A program made the translations under genes and the position numbers. A model generated the notes under the pieces. That model was not told where the DNA came from, did not search any database, and was given only the letters and a program-made list of their open reading frames with translations. 64,000 nucleotides of DNA from Nitrosopumilus sp. (GTDB lineage Archaea > Thermoproteota > Nitrososphaeria > Nitrososphaerales > Nitrosopumilaceae), in the NCBI GenBank assembly GCA_965223425.1, contig CBDCWS010000001.1, forward strand, positions 1 to 64,000, given 5' to 3'. This document shows positions 50,584 through 61,302 of this stretch, piece by piece (within the stretch, counting starts at the first letter, position 1; each line of letters starts with the position of its first letter).

Positions 50584-51078
50584 TTAATGTGTCTCAAATG
50601 TCTCAAAATTTCCCGCTGGCACAATGGCGGGCATACCGCAGACGTTTTCATATCGCAACCTATGTAATTCCCATAATGCTTCGATTGCCTCATGATCATC
50701 GGGGTTGCGCCCGATGCACCTCTCCAGTTTCGTCCGTGGTTTTCCACAGATGATCTCAAATTTTTCTCTGCTATCCATTTCGGGTATCTCTGCAACCGCT
50801 TGACGTTCTGATTCAATAATGCCATCGGCGGTCTGCTCAAGGTGTTGGAGGTGTGTGAGTGTGTAATCTCGTGTATTGTCAACGACCCACGTCCACGGCA
50901 GTTTGCTATCCTCTCGCATTTCTCCGATCAGGTCGCTCACTATATCAAAATCTCGCTCTTTCTTCTCAATCAGTCCTTCGCTGGATAGGTGGTAAGCGAC
51001 TTGTCGGACACCGACGGGGTACACACTCTACAAAACGATATATCGCTTGTTTGCGTTCCTCTCATCGCTGTTGCCATG
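50584..51078 (-). pseudogene. Phage-type protein resembling the N-terminal wHTH of Toprim/TopoVI-like proteins; 5' end disrupted
   Basis: VRQVAYHL...G.IEK.E..F..V......R....LPW.WVVDNTR. Confidence 0.5.
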
Positions 51079-51226
51079 TTCGGATTCTGCATGCTTTGCG
51101 TAGTTCCGTCCTGAGTGTCCCCACATATCTGGTATCTGCTGCAGTCGCTTTGGGGTAAATCTTGCTCGGTTAAACCAAAACTGCGCCTTTATCGCTCAAT
51201 GGGGCTGTGTGCGTGCCTCATGAAAT

Positions 51227-51487
51227 TTACGAATGCCGTCGGCTGCTCTTTGGGCTTGTAATGCCCTCAAACGATTTGAGGAGCTCAATCTTTTCTCCGA
51301 TTTCACCGATACTCGCACTCACCTTGGAAGTGTTGCTGTCAATTTCAGAGAGAAGTCGTCGGCGTTGAATGTCTGCCATATTCTGGCTCGGCACAGTGTT
51401 CATTTGAATGTCTGTGAGCGTGTCGTCAAACCCCGATAGCGCGTCTGATAGCTTCTGCAATGCCTGCTCTAATCTTACAGAATTCAT
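51227..51487 (-). CDS. Hypothetical coiled-coil protein
   Basis: GGAGG RBS; helical 86-aa ORF. Confidence 0.55.
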   Translation of the reverse strand: MNSVRLEQALQKLSDALSGFDDTLTDIQMNTVPSQNMADIQRRRLLSEIDSNTSKVSASIGEIGEKIELLKSFEGITSPKSSRRHS

Positions 51488-51824
51488 ACATTAGAACCTC
51501 CGAGCAGGGCGCGTTGACCCCACTGGTCGTGTTTATCTGCTTTGAAATGATATAGGGTGTGACGCTTATGGTAAGTAGTGTAGTATAGTGGTTGCCTAAT
51601 AGTTGCGTCAGTTATCCTTTAGACGTGCAGCCCTGCTGATTTGTTCGGGTAGCAACGCAAAAAAAATCACACTCTTTTCGCTTGTGTTTCCTGCGGAATT
51701 TCTGGGTTTTTTTCATTCTACACTTCAGAATAAGGTGGGGTTGAATTGTGGGCGGGTATGTGGTATAACGGAATACAAGAAAAGTTTTGGACTTATTTTG
51801 AATTTAAAAGTGAGGTTTATATCA

Positions 51825-52124
51825 ATGAATGAGAAGAAAAAAGTTTTTATCTCGTGCGTAGAGGAAGACCGACCGTTTATTGAAGGATTGCATCGTGATT
51901 TAGAAAACTATGGATTTGAGACTTTCTGGTATGCAGAAGATTCGCCTGCCGGAGTAAGTTTTAAAAATCATACCGAAAAGGAAATAAACAGCTGTGATCA
52001 TTTTTTAGCGTGTTTTTCGGAAACCTCAACAAAAAAAGAACAGAGCGATATGAGAAGGGAACTGACTCTGGCATGTGAAAAACATAAAACACTGCCACTG
52101 GACACCAACTGGTTAATATGTTTA
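51825..52124 (+). pseudogene. TIR-domain protein truncated by IS982
   Basis: KVFISC..ED...L...G..TF...I..CDHFLACFS...RREL. Confidence 0.8.
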
Positions 52125-53133
52125 ACGTGGGTTCCATAAAAAATAGGAGTTTTTTAGAGAGAACTCCTTTGGTATAATAAGGTAAGCAAACCTATACCAA
52201 AAGGAGTTCTCCATGCCTATTGTATCACTTTTTTGCGAAATAGACGACTTTTTTCTGGCGTTTGAAAAATATCAGGCACGCCAGCAACTCCCCGCAACCG
52301 CGTGTGAAAAACGGGGTCGGCCCCGGAGGATGCATCCCAGCGAGGTGATGACGATCCTCGTAGACTTTCATCAAAGTCGGTATCGGACTTTCAAAGACTA
52401 TTACCTGAAACAAGTTTGCCTAGGTTTGCGGTGGGCGTTTCCAAACCTTGTCAGCTACAACCGCTTTGTTGCGCTGATGCCAGAGACACTTTTGCCGTTG
52501 TCTGTTTATCTTTACACCCGGTTCGGCACCTGCGATGGAGTTTCTTTCATGGATTCAACCCGACTCCGGGTCTGCGAGAATCGGCGTATCCCAACGCATC
52601 GCGTCTTTCTCGAACACGCTGAACGTGGCAAAACCTCGCTCGGATGGTTCTATGGGTTCAAACTTCATCTACTCATCAATACCCATGGGGATATCCTTGG
52701 GGCTGAGTTGACCCCCGGAAATATAGATGACCGGGTGCCGGTTGAAAAGTTGACGCAATCCGTGTTTGGCAAACTTTACGCCGATAAGGGATATATCTCC
52801 AAAGAGTTGCGACAGACGTTGAATAGCCAAGGGGTTGACTTGATTTACAAGGTTCGCAAGAACATGAAACCTCAACCGTTGTCCACCTATGATGAGGCGA
52901 TGCTCAAGAAGCGTATGCTCATTGAGACGGTCATTGGACAACTCAAAAGTCAGACGCAACTTGAACATACCCGTCATCGGAGTTTCCAAAACTTTCAAGT
53001 CAATAGCGTCTCAGCGTTGATTGCTTATACGTATTTGGAAAAGAAACCGACACTGAAGTTGCGAGTGATTGACGAAATCAAGCATGAGTTGCCGGGGACC
53101 GAAAAACCCTAAAACCTTTTATGGAACTCACGT
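52125..53133 (+). mobile_element. IS982-family element (transposase 52213-53112)
   Basis: IRs ACGTGGGTTCCATAAAA/TTTTATGGAACTCACGT; MDST, GWFYGFKLHL, ADKGY, RMLIET. Confidence 0.93.
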
Positions 53134-53178
53134 TAAGAATATGAAAACCAGACCGTTGTCCGACTTCGACGCAATCCT

Positions 53179-53279
53179 TAGGACTTACACAAATTTAGGA
53201 TGTGGAGCGAGATTTTTTATTTTTAACCCCCTAAATCTCCCTTATCAGGGGGACTTCTAAACCAACTGCGTAAGTCCTA
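53179..53279. mobile_element. 101-bp MITE carrying the ends of the IS701-like element at 55671
   Basis: TAGGACTTAC...GCGTAAGTCCTA; abuts a short IS982 fragment (KNMKTRPLSDFDAIL). Confidence 0.78.
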
Positions 53280-53533
53280 TTTATTAGACATGAACGACAC
53301 GAGTCTCGCGACCTTGTTAAGATCTGTTTCATGCCACCACTCTTTGAATTCTTTAAGGCGAAATCCGCTGATTTTAGCGGCATTCTGGAAATCCGATATG
53401 TGATGCCCGAATGCCTGAATTTCAAGGGAAAGTCACATTGCTGGATTTCAAACTATGGTGAATTACCAAATAAGGGGAGTTAGGGGGTTGAGCATTGATC
53501 GAGAGGGCATAGGTAATTGTATAAAATCCACTA

Positions 53534-53595
53534 TAACTGACTAAATGTAGCGATGGGAGATGTCAACATCTCCCATCGCTACATTTGATCAGTTA
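53534..53595. repeat. 62-bp hairpin with a 21-bp perfect stem
   Basis: AAATGTAGCGATGGGAGATGT-CA-ACATCTCCCATCGCTACATTT within TAACTGA/TCAGTTA. Confidence 0.85.
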
Positions 53596-53789
53596 CGCGC
53601 ATTACGCGCATGGCCCCCTGACCGCCAGTATTTAGTTTGAATTTAGGAGGTTAATGTCATCCTAAAAAGACAGGGTGAGTTTATAACGTCATCCCAGGAC
53701 GTGCTTGAAAAAATCAAAAACCGTCTTTGAAAGTGTTTTGTTGGCAAGATTAACAAATCCTGTATTTTCTGTCAAGAAAGATGCATTAT

Positions 53790-54350
53790 AGTAAAGCCCA
53801 TAATTAATTATACACTTTTATAATTTCATCAATAGATACCTCAGCGTTGTATTGACGTATCAGCTTGATATTAGCGAAATCCTTCTCAATCGGATTCAAC
53901 TCCGGTGAGTACGGCGGTAAAAACAATAAACTCGCACCGCTACCCCGGATCAATGCCGCTGTCTCTGAACCTTTGTGGAAGGAGGCATTATCCATAATCA
54001 CAACGTATCTGTCATCTAGCAAAGGACACAACATCTCCGAAAGCCATGTATTGAATGCAACCGCATCGCAACTCCCCTCGAAAAGCACAGGCGCAGTGAA
54101 ACACCCGTCAAGTCGTGCAGCAATCAAGGTCGTGTTGCTATACCGATGACTGGGCACTTTATCTTCAACACAGACACCTTTCGGGGCATAAGCATACCGA
54201 CGGAAATCGGTTTTGCTGAAACCACTCTCGTCAATATAAACCGGCTTTTTGCCACGCTTTTCTGTCTCTTGCTGAAGTGCTGAGAGATACTCTTGGCGTT
54301 TTACCGGACACTGTTCTTTGTAGGTTTGCGTCTTTTTTTCGCGTGATATG
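53790..54350 (-). pseudogene. IS630-family transposase, 5'-truncated
   Basis: TRKK slippery site, YIDESG, MDNASFHK, LPPYSPELNPIE. Confidence 0.85.
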
Positions 54351-54434
54351 GAGATGGACGGTATGTGGCGATACCCGTTCTGTGTACTCGATATGATCTG
54401 TTTCTATTAGAACATTTCCGACGCGTAGTTTCAT
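54351..54434 (-). pseudogene. Small protein, truncated (paralog of 57504)
   Basis: MKLRVGNVLIETDHIEYTERVSPHTV. Confidence 0.6.
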
Positions 54435-54462
54435 TTACTTTCCTCCAAACGTGCGGACAGTC

Positions 54463-55656
54463 CTACAATGGATTTGTTTGATACGTCACACCTTCTGGAC
54501 TCGTTTTGACAGGCAAACCCATCTCAAAGGTTACCGTCTCCGAAGCAGAGACCAATCCTGTCACCTCTATTGTCAATGACGATGTGTCTGTTTCTCCAGT
54601 TGGATAGAAGAATTGGACACCGAGTGGTGGTTCAACTCTCGCAAAACCCTGAATATCTGCGCTTGTTATCTGTTTGTCATTGATCGTAATTGTTAGTCCA
54701 CTGCCTTCAAGGGTGTATGCCTCTGGTGGCGCATCGTAGTTTATCCAGATAATCCAGCCGTCATTATAGACGTGATGTGCGTCTATTTCGCCAACATTAT
54801 TTGTTTGTGGCGGTGTTTGTGGCGGTGACACAGGATTACTGGGTGGCGGTTGTTGAGTCACGACAGGCGGTTGGGTATTCACAGGCGGCGGTGTGTCATC
54901 AACGACAGGCGGATTGTTATCCGTTGGCACGAGCGGCGGCGGATCCTGTTTAGGCGGATCATCCTTAGGTGGCATCGTATTCACAGGCGGATTGTTATCC
55001 GTTGGCACGAGCGGCGGCGGATCCTGTTTAGGCGGATCATCCTTAGGTGGCATCGTATTCACAGGCGGATTGTTATCCGTTGGCACGAGCGGCGGCGGAT
55101 CCTGTTTAGGCGGATCATCCTTAGGTGGCATCGTATTCACAGGCGGATTGTTATCCGTTGGCACGAGCGGCGGCGGATCCTGTTTAGGCGGATCATCCTT
55201 AGGTGGCATCGTATTCACAGGCGGATTGTTATCCGTTGGCACAACTGGCGGGTCAGCAGTGCTATCATCGTTGCCATTATCTGAAGTATCATCACTCGGC
55301 GGTGAATCATCAAGAATTTGTGTTGGGTAGTCAAATGCTTTGCGGATGTTTGTGGTATCGGTCGCACGCTCAGCACGCAGGATCGGCTTGCCCTCATAAT
55401 AGAAGATATACACCAATTTTTGAGGGTGAACATGGATAATAGGGGCATTGATGTTTTTATCGGTGTTTTTCGGTATAAGGGTTAGGCAGACTGTTTCTAT
55501 GCCGCTTTCAAGGCAGACCTGTCCATCATCGGCGTGTGTGATATACCGGTCCACATCGTCAGGCGTGAGCATGGAATTCAGAATTGAATCACTACAGCCA
55601 GCCAGAATGAAAAGGATGATGAGAATGACGCTGATGGGGATTAGTCGGTTTTTCAT
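54463..55656 (-). CDS. Proline-rich lipoprotein with 26-aa tandem repeats
   Basis: Lipobox LAGC; (PPVNTMPPKDDPPKQDPPPLVPTDNN) x4. Confidence 0.85.
   Translation of the reverse strand: MKNRLIPISVILIILFILAGCSDSILNSMLTPDDVDRYITHADDGQVCLESGIETVCLTLIPKNTDKNINAPIIHVHPQKLVYIFYYEGKPILRAERATDTTNIRKAFDYPTQILDDSPPSDDTSDNGNDDSTADPPVVPTDNNPPVNTMPPKDDPPKQDPPPLVPTDNNPPVNTMPPKDDPPKQDPPPLVPTDNNPPVNTMPPKDDPPKQDPPPLVPTDNNPPVNTMPPKDDPPKQDPPPLVPTDNNPPVVDDTPPPVNTQPPVVTQQPPPSNPVSPPQTPPQTNNVGEIDAHHVYNDGWIIWINYDAPPEAYTLEGSGLTITINDKQITSADIQGFARVEPPLGVQFFYPTGETDTSSLTIEVTGLVSASETVTFEMGLPVKTSPEGVTYQTNPL
54905..55241. repeat. 78-bp perfect tandem repeat, four copies plus a partial
   Basis: ACAGGCGGATTGTTATCC recurs every 78 bp with no variable spacers. 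Confidence 0.95.
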
Positions 55657-55670
55657 GGGTTCAGCCTCTT

Positions 55671-56768
55671 TAGGACTTACGCAGCATTAATTTTCAGCGC
55701 AGGTGATTTGAGTTGTTGACACAGATACTCAGAGAGTAATCCATGTTTGAGTTGATAAAGCGTTTGACGCGTCTCATGTGCCTTACGCATCAGATGAACC
55801 CAAACCAAAAACGCAGCAGCAATGTGATTACGAACAATACGCGCCAGACGACATTGGCATTTTTCAAGTCCTGTCAACTGTTTAGCTTCACGATGAAATT
55901 GTTCAATCTCCCAGCGCACGTCGCACACCTGCCGCACGACGGAGACATCGGATTGACTCAAGTCGTTAGTCACAACATAATCCGTGCGTCGAGAAGATGC
56001 CACCCGGAAAACTTTCACCTTGTGATTTTTTGGAAACTTGTTGAGTTTCACGCGTTTGCCAAAGGTCTGTTCAGCGGCTGTCCACTGTAGCGTGTCAATG
56101 CGTTGGTAAGGTTTGCTACCATTAGCATCGTCAACGAGACGATTGGATTTCAAGGGACAATAATACGTCTTGTCAAGACTCTCAATGTAGAGCAGCAGCG
56201 ATTTGCTGGCATACCAGGAATCCATCAACACTGTAGAAAAAGCAACATTGCGAGCGTTTACCAAGACCGAGAGCATATCTCTCACATGATCCAACTTCGA
56301 TTTACCGTCGCCTTGTTTATCGTAAATGCGATAATCAATCAACCAATATCGGTCTAACGCCCGATTGACATACACACACGTCACAAGGTTTCCGATACCG
56401 TTTATCGTTTTCCCAGCGTTGCCACTATATTGTTGTTTCGCCAAGGAGACCATCTCTTTGGCATACCGTTTGTCTAAGACAGTATCATCAAAGATCAGAC
56501 ATCCATCCGGGGTCTGTTCCAAGTGGGGTTTGACATGTTCCCAGACGTGGCGGGGTCTGAGACGGGCGTTGGCGAGATACCGGTTTATCTGATCATGACT
56601 GAATTTCTCAGAATGTTCTCCGAAATGCCTCAGCGTATAGTTAATAGGTGTGCTGAGTAAATACTGACAGTAATCAACACGTGTCGGTTTCGTCATTTTT
56701 ATTTACCTCCTCACACACCATAATAATGGATGACGGAGGATATGTCAATGAGTTTTGCGTAAGTCCTA
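55671..56768 (-). mobile_element. IS701-like element (transposase 55677-56696)
   Basis: IRs TAGGACTTACGC/GCGTAAGTCCTA; FDDTVLDK, YSGN, MDSWY, RWEIEQFHRE.KQ. Confidence 0.9.
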
Positions 56769-57508
56769 AAAAGTAACGAAGGCAAGCAAATCCTGCGTGC
56801 TGAACACGTAACGGATACCACCGAGATTGTTAAAACATTGACAGAAACGACAGAAGATGTCGTGCCGTCAGATGGTGAGATGCCCGATCCCGATATTGCT
56901 CTCAATGCTGACGATACGAGTGATAACGATACCGCTGCTGCTGATACCGACGATACTCTCAAGGATCCACCAGTGGAGGCGACACCGCCGGTCTACATCC
57001 AACCACCGGTCTATATCCCGCCAGTAGCACCACCAGCAGTGCCCGACACACAAGATGATGAAGATACTCGTGATGATGATACCGACGTTACACTCGATGA
57101 TGACAAACCCGTACCCGAATCACCACCGCCACTGTCACCACCTACAGTTAAAAATCCGCCGAGTGGCGTGTCTACTGATATAGACGCCATCACGTTTATA
57201 ATGACAGCTGGATCATCTGGATAAACTACGATGCGCCACCAGATGCCTATACACTCGAAGGCAGTGGGCTCACAATCAAAATAAATGGACAAACGATGAC
57301 GAGTGGAGACTTAAGCAGCTTTGCGCGTGTGGAGGGTTCCAGCGGTCCCGGCATCCAGTTCTTTTATGAAACCGGGCAAACAGACGATTCGTCGCTAACC
57401 ATAGATGTCAAAGGTTTGGTTGCCGCAGGAAAGACGGTAACCTTTCGCATGAACTCACCTGTGGAAACATCTCCAGAAGGCGTTACCTACCAAATGAGTC
57501 CGCTATGA
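56769..57508 (+). pseudogene. Paralog of the Pro-rich lipoprotein, 5'-truncated and frameshifted near 57186
   Basis: EGKQILRAE...; HHVYND.WIIWINYDAPP in a shifted frame; same C-terminus SPEGVTYQ. Confidence 0.8.
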
Positions 57509-57611
57509 AACTACGATTAGATAAAGTCTTAATTGAAACCGATCATATCGAACACATCGAAAAAGTATCACCCCACACCGTTAAAGTCTACTTTATATCA
57601 GGGAATGTACT
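57505..57611 (+). pseudogene. Small protein interrupted by an IS (continues at 59092)
   Basis: MKLRLDKVLIETDHIEHIEKVSPHTVKVYFISGNVL|EVICGVKS. Confidence 0.65.
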
Positions 57612-59086
57612 CAATACCTTCGCCAAATTATGATGTATTGAGTTGAGCGGGTGTATGATGAATGGTTTCCCCGATTGAACCGAGACGTTCAGCGATTTCA
57701 TCAATAACAATAGCATCAGGTTTTTGGGGCAGTATTTTTAATGTTTCGCGCAAATACTTCACGCCTCGGTAGTGTGCTTTGAGATCTAAGGTGCTACACT
57801 TGGCGTGTGCTAAACGCAAGGGTGCTAAAAGTTTCGCAGACACATTGACCATGAACATTGATAGATTCGCCGCAGTGTTCACGGGTGTCTTGTTGACATT
57901 CATAAAATCCTCTAACCCCCAATACTGTTTCGCATCGCGGAAGTTGAACTCGATTTGAAAGCGGAGTCGGTAAGAGTGAATCACTTTTTCCGCCGCCAAT
58001 GCTAAGTCAGAACTGAACAATAAGACGTGTGATTTTTTCTCCGTCAACAGATGTGTCTTGAGAATACAGACCACATTTAGTGGATCCGGGAACTTTTTAT
58101 GGCGCAACTTTGAAACCTGATAGACTTCGGTTGTAATGTTTCCTTGCGTCTCGGTAGAGACCCGGTATTTGGTATCCATCTGCTGCGGATTGAAACGCTG
58201 CCCGTAGATACGCGGGCGTCCACGTCCGGCGTAAGGCGCTGTAGCTGGAAAATAAAGGGAAACCGTATTGACGCGCAACTTTGAGATCAGTGCTAATCCA
58301 CATTCTTGCGTCATCTGTAGCGCATGATTGTCTCCAAAGTATCCATCAAGCACAAGGTAGCGCAGCGGTATCAAATCATCAATACGTCTCAGCAACGCCT
58401 TGACCATCGTTTGAAGATGTTTCAATGTATCGCTGAGCTGGACCTCCGTCTTGTCTCGGTTCCGACTTCCCTTTGGGCGTCCGCGTTTGCGTCGGGGAGC
58501 GGGTTTTGGCGGGTCCTCAGGGTGTTCAGAGGTTTCCACTGGACTTCGGAGACCGCGCGTGTCGCCACGAACGATTTGCTCCATAGCCAGTGGGTAAGAA
58601 CGCCGCTCCTTGACGCTCACTAACGATAAACTAAAGAACGCTAATCCCGGGAGCGTTTTGCCATACACAGACGAGAAAAAACGCGATAAACCGTAAGTCG
58701 ATTGACCTGATTTTGAGACCACGGTTTCGTCGCCAGCGAGGATATAGGTGCTTTCAGCATCCAGCAGATACGTCCTAAAAAACACCCAGTAAATAGGCCC
58801 CCAAGGGATAACGGTGTTGAAGAAGCGTTGGACCGTCCGGTAACTCCCGCCTTCTGATGTCCAACGTGAGATATTTAGCATGCTGACCCGCCCCGTCATC
58901 ACAAGCAATCCCAAAACCACGCGAGAAAACTGACGCACCGTGGTCGTTGATAAATGTGGATACAAAACACTAAAGACTGATAGAATGTCATACATGGGCG
59001 AAGGTCCTTTCTCAGTTATGGGTTTGGTCATTCATAACTTTAGGACGGTTGCCCTATTTATTCAACCTTTTTTGGCGAAGGTATTG
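57612..59086 (-). mobile_element. IS4/IS701-like element (transposase 57628-59031)
   Basis: 16-bp IRs CAATACCTTCGCCAAA; 5-bp TSD GTACT; AGDE, LDGYFG, YRLRFQIEFNFRDAKQ. Confidence 0.92.
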
Positions 59087-59395
59087 GTACTTGAAGTTAT
59101 TTGCGGTGTTAAGTCAACCTCTCACATCAGAGAAGCAATAATACTCCATCATAAATTTGCCCGCACGCTCGGAATGGAAAGCGGTTTGACGGGTGTCATC
59201 AGAGTAGGATACCCTCGCTTTGCAGGTTGTGCGAGGCTTTGGCGGAAACCTTTGTTTTTCCGTGAAAACAGCCTGCTTTTATACAGAGGAAACCTTCACA
59301 ACGGATGAAATAACTATTGAACCAACCTAACCAAAATGAGGCGGTGTGCTGCGGCGCATCACCTTGTTTTTTTATACACAGAGGGGCTATACCAA

Positions 59396-59750
59396 ATGAA
59401 ATCAATCGAAGGCACTTCTAAATATCCTTTACAAGAAGCAAGGTATAAATATGCTACGGCAGTCCTTTTGTACTATGCAGCGGGATACGAGTCTCCTACT
59501 CCTGAATTATATGAATCAGCCACTCGTTTACTTGACCGAACACTAAAACTCATTCCTGATTTTTCAGATGCCTCTGATCTCAGAGAAGAAATATGGCACC
59601 GATTCCTTCGTCTATCAAAAGGCACAGATGAGCAAAATGAGCAATATAATGCCTACATTAAATCGGATGCGTGGGCTAAGAAAAGAGAAGAGAGGATGGA
59701 AACTGACGGATATACCTGTGCTTGTGGCAATCCTGCTGAAGAGGTCCATC
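59396..59750 (+). pseudogene. TPR-like plus HNH endonuclease, truncated by an IS605-type end
   Basis: Y..YI.S..W..KR...M..DGYTC.CG..AEEVH, cut before the remaining HNH residues. Confidence 0.7.
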
Positions 59751-60100
59751 TTGACATACTCCCCAAACTAAAGCATGGGGATTCTTGAGAGTTTCCCCAA
59801 CGCTTGGCAGATTGTGGGATCAACAAGGGTTGCTTGCGATCACAACTCTGACACCCTCTCCTCCAGAGGACAACGCCCTGCCCTCTCGCCCGAAGGCGAC
59901 TTCGTATATCTGAGAGTGCTTGTTTCGGGATGCACCTTTAAGTGTCTTTCCCATTACACTCAAGTTTTCCTCCAGTATCTATCTGGTGTCAAAGACTTCT
60001 ACCGCTTGTGTCGCAACTTTACGTGAGTCCACTCGGTATGTAGCATCAGAACGCATGCTCACAACCCCACACGCGAGCGCGTGATCGAGTTACTATGTGT
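59751..60100 (-). mobile_element. IS200/IS605 right end and omega-RNA-like relic without tnpB
   Basis: GAATCCCCATGCTTTAGTTTGGGGAGTATGTCAA preceded by TCCTCTGGAGGAGAGG; left extent approximate. Confidence 0.65.
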
Positions 60101-60106
60101 ATTCTA

Positions 60107-61202
60107 ACGTGAGTTCGGAATAAAGATCTAGTTAACGGTAACCGGTAAGTCCTTGATTTCATCAAGTGCTCGCAGATTCAGTGATGGTTTTTTCTCCTGC
60201 CAAGTATAAGCAATCAACGCACATACTGTGTTGACTTGAAAGTTGACGAAACTCCGGTGGCGGGTATGTTCAAGTTGACTCTGGTTCTTTAGTTGATTAA
60301 TAACCGACTCAACGAGCATCCGCTTTTTCAGCATGACTGCGTCGAAATCCGACAAGGGTTTGGGTTTCATATGCTTACGAACCTTGTAGACTCAGAACAG
60401 ACCTTGGGTTTCTAACGCCTCAGCGAGTTTCTGGGAAATATATCCCTTATCGCCATAAAGTTTTCCAAAGAGGCGTTGGGTCAACTTTGCGACGGGTCTG
60501 CGATCGTCTATGTTTGCGGGTGTTAACGCAACCCATAGAAGTTCGCCACGTTCGTTGATAACCAGATGGAGTTTGAACCCATAGAACCATCCCAGAGAGT
60601 TTTTTGAAAGTGCTGCCTCCTCAGCTCGGAAGTTGGAGAGGTTGCGAGGCTTCGGCTCGCAACCGATATATCGGCGGTTGGCTGAAACCCAACCGCCTCT
60701 TCAACTTCCGCAGAAGACGCGATGCGCCGGGATGCGTCGGTTCTTACAGACTGCCACCGGTGTTGAGTCAATGAATGAAAGACCGCTGCACTCTCGAAAT
60801 CGCGTCTGAAGATAGACAGACAAGGGCAGCAATGCTTCTGACATGAGTTCAACGAAGCGGTTGTAGCTAACCAGGTATGGAAATGCCCATCGCAGCTGAA
60901 CCGCAACATGCTTTTGGTAATAGTGCTTGAAACTTCGATACCGACTTTGATGAAAGTCTACGAGTATCGTCATCACCTCGCTAGTATGTAGGCGTCGGGT
61001 GCGTCGGCGTTTTTTCGCTGGATCCGAAACCGGTAGCGATCGTGGCATCATTTGTTTTTCAAACGCAAGAAAAAAGTCGTCAATCTCACAGAAAAGTGAT
61101 ATAATCGGCATGGAGAATTCCTTTGGGTAATGGGTTTAGCTTACCTCATTATACCAGAGGAGTTCTCTTTATACGACACCCTATTTTTTATCGAACTCAC
61201 GT
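60107..61202 (-). mobile_element. IS982-family element, transposase (60128-61111) inactivated
   Basis: ACGTGAGTTCG IRs; an 87-nt insertion with an in-frame TGA and a second stop near 60392. Confidence 0.9.
60626..60712 (-). mobile_element. Cruciform micro-element TGCGGA...TCCGA
   Basis: Terminal stem CGGAAGTTG(A)AGAGG/CCTCT(C)CAACTTCCG with two inner hairpins; removal restores collinearity with the intact IS982. Confidence 0.8.
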
Positions 61203-61302
61203 TAGTTTAACGCCTATAGATTTGAGTATACGGCTGATTACAGAGGAATCACACCTATATTTTTCTGCTATCCTAACTGTTGACTAAAGTTTGGACAATA
61301 TT

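Noticed and set aside
54905-55241. CRISPR-like periodic repeat
   Set aside because: Perfect 78-bp units with no unique spacers, in frame within a lipoprotein gene.
13111-61302. Intact prophage or conjugative element
   Set aside because: No recognisable terminase, capsid, integrase, relaxase or T4SS genes.
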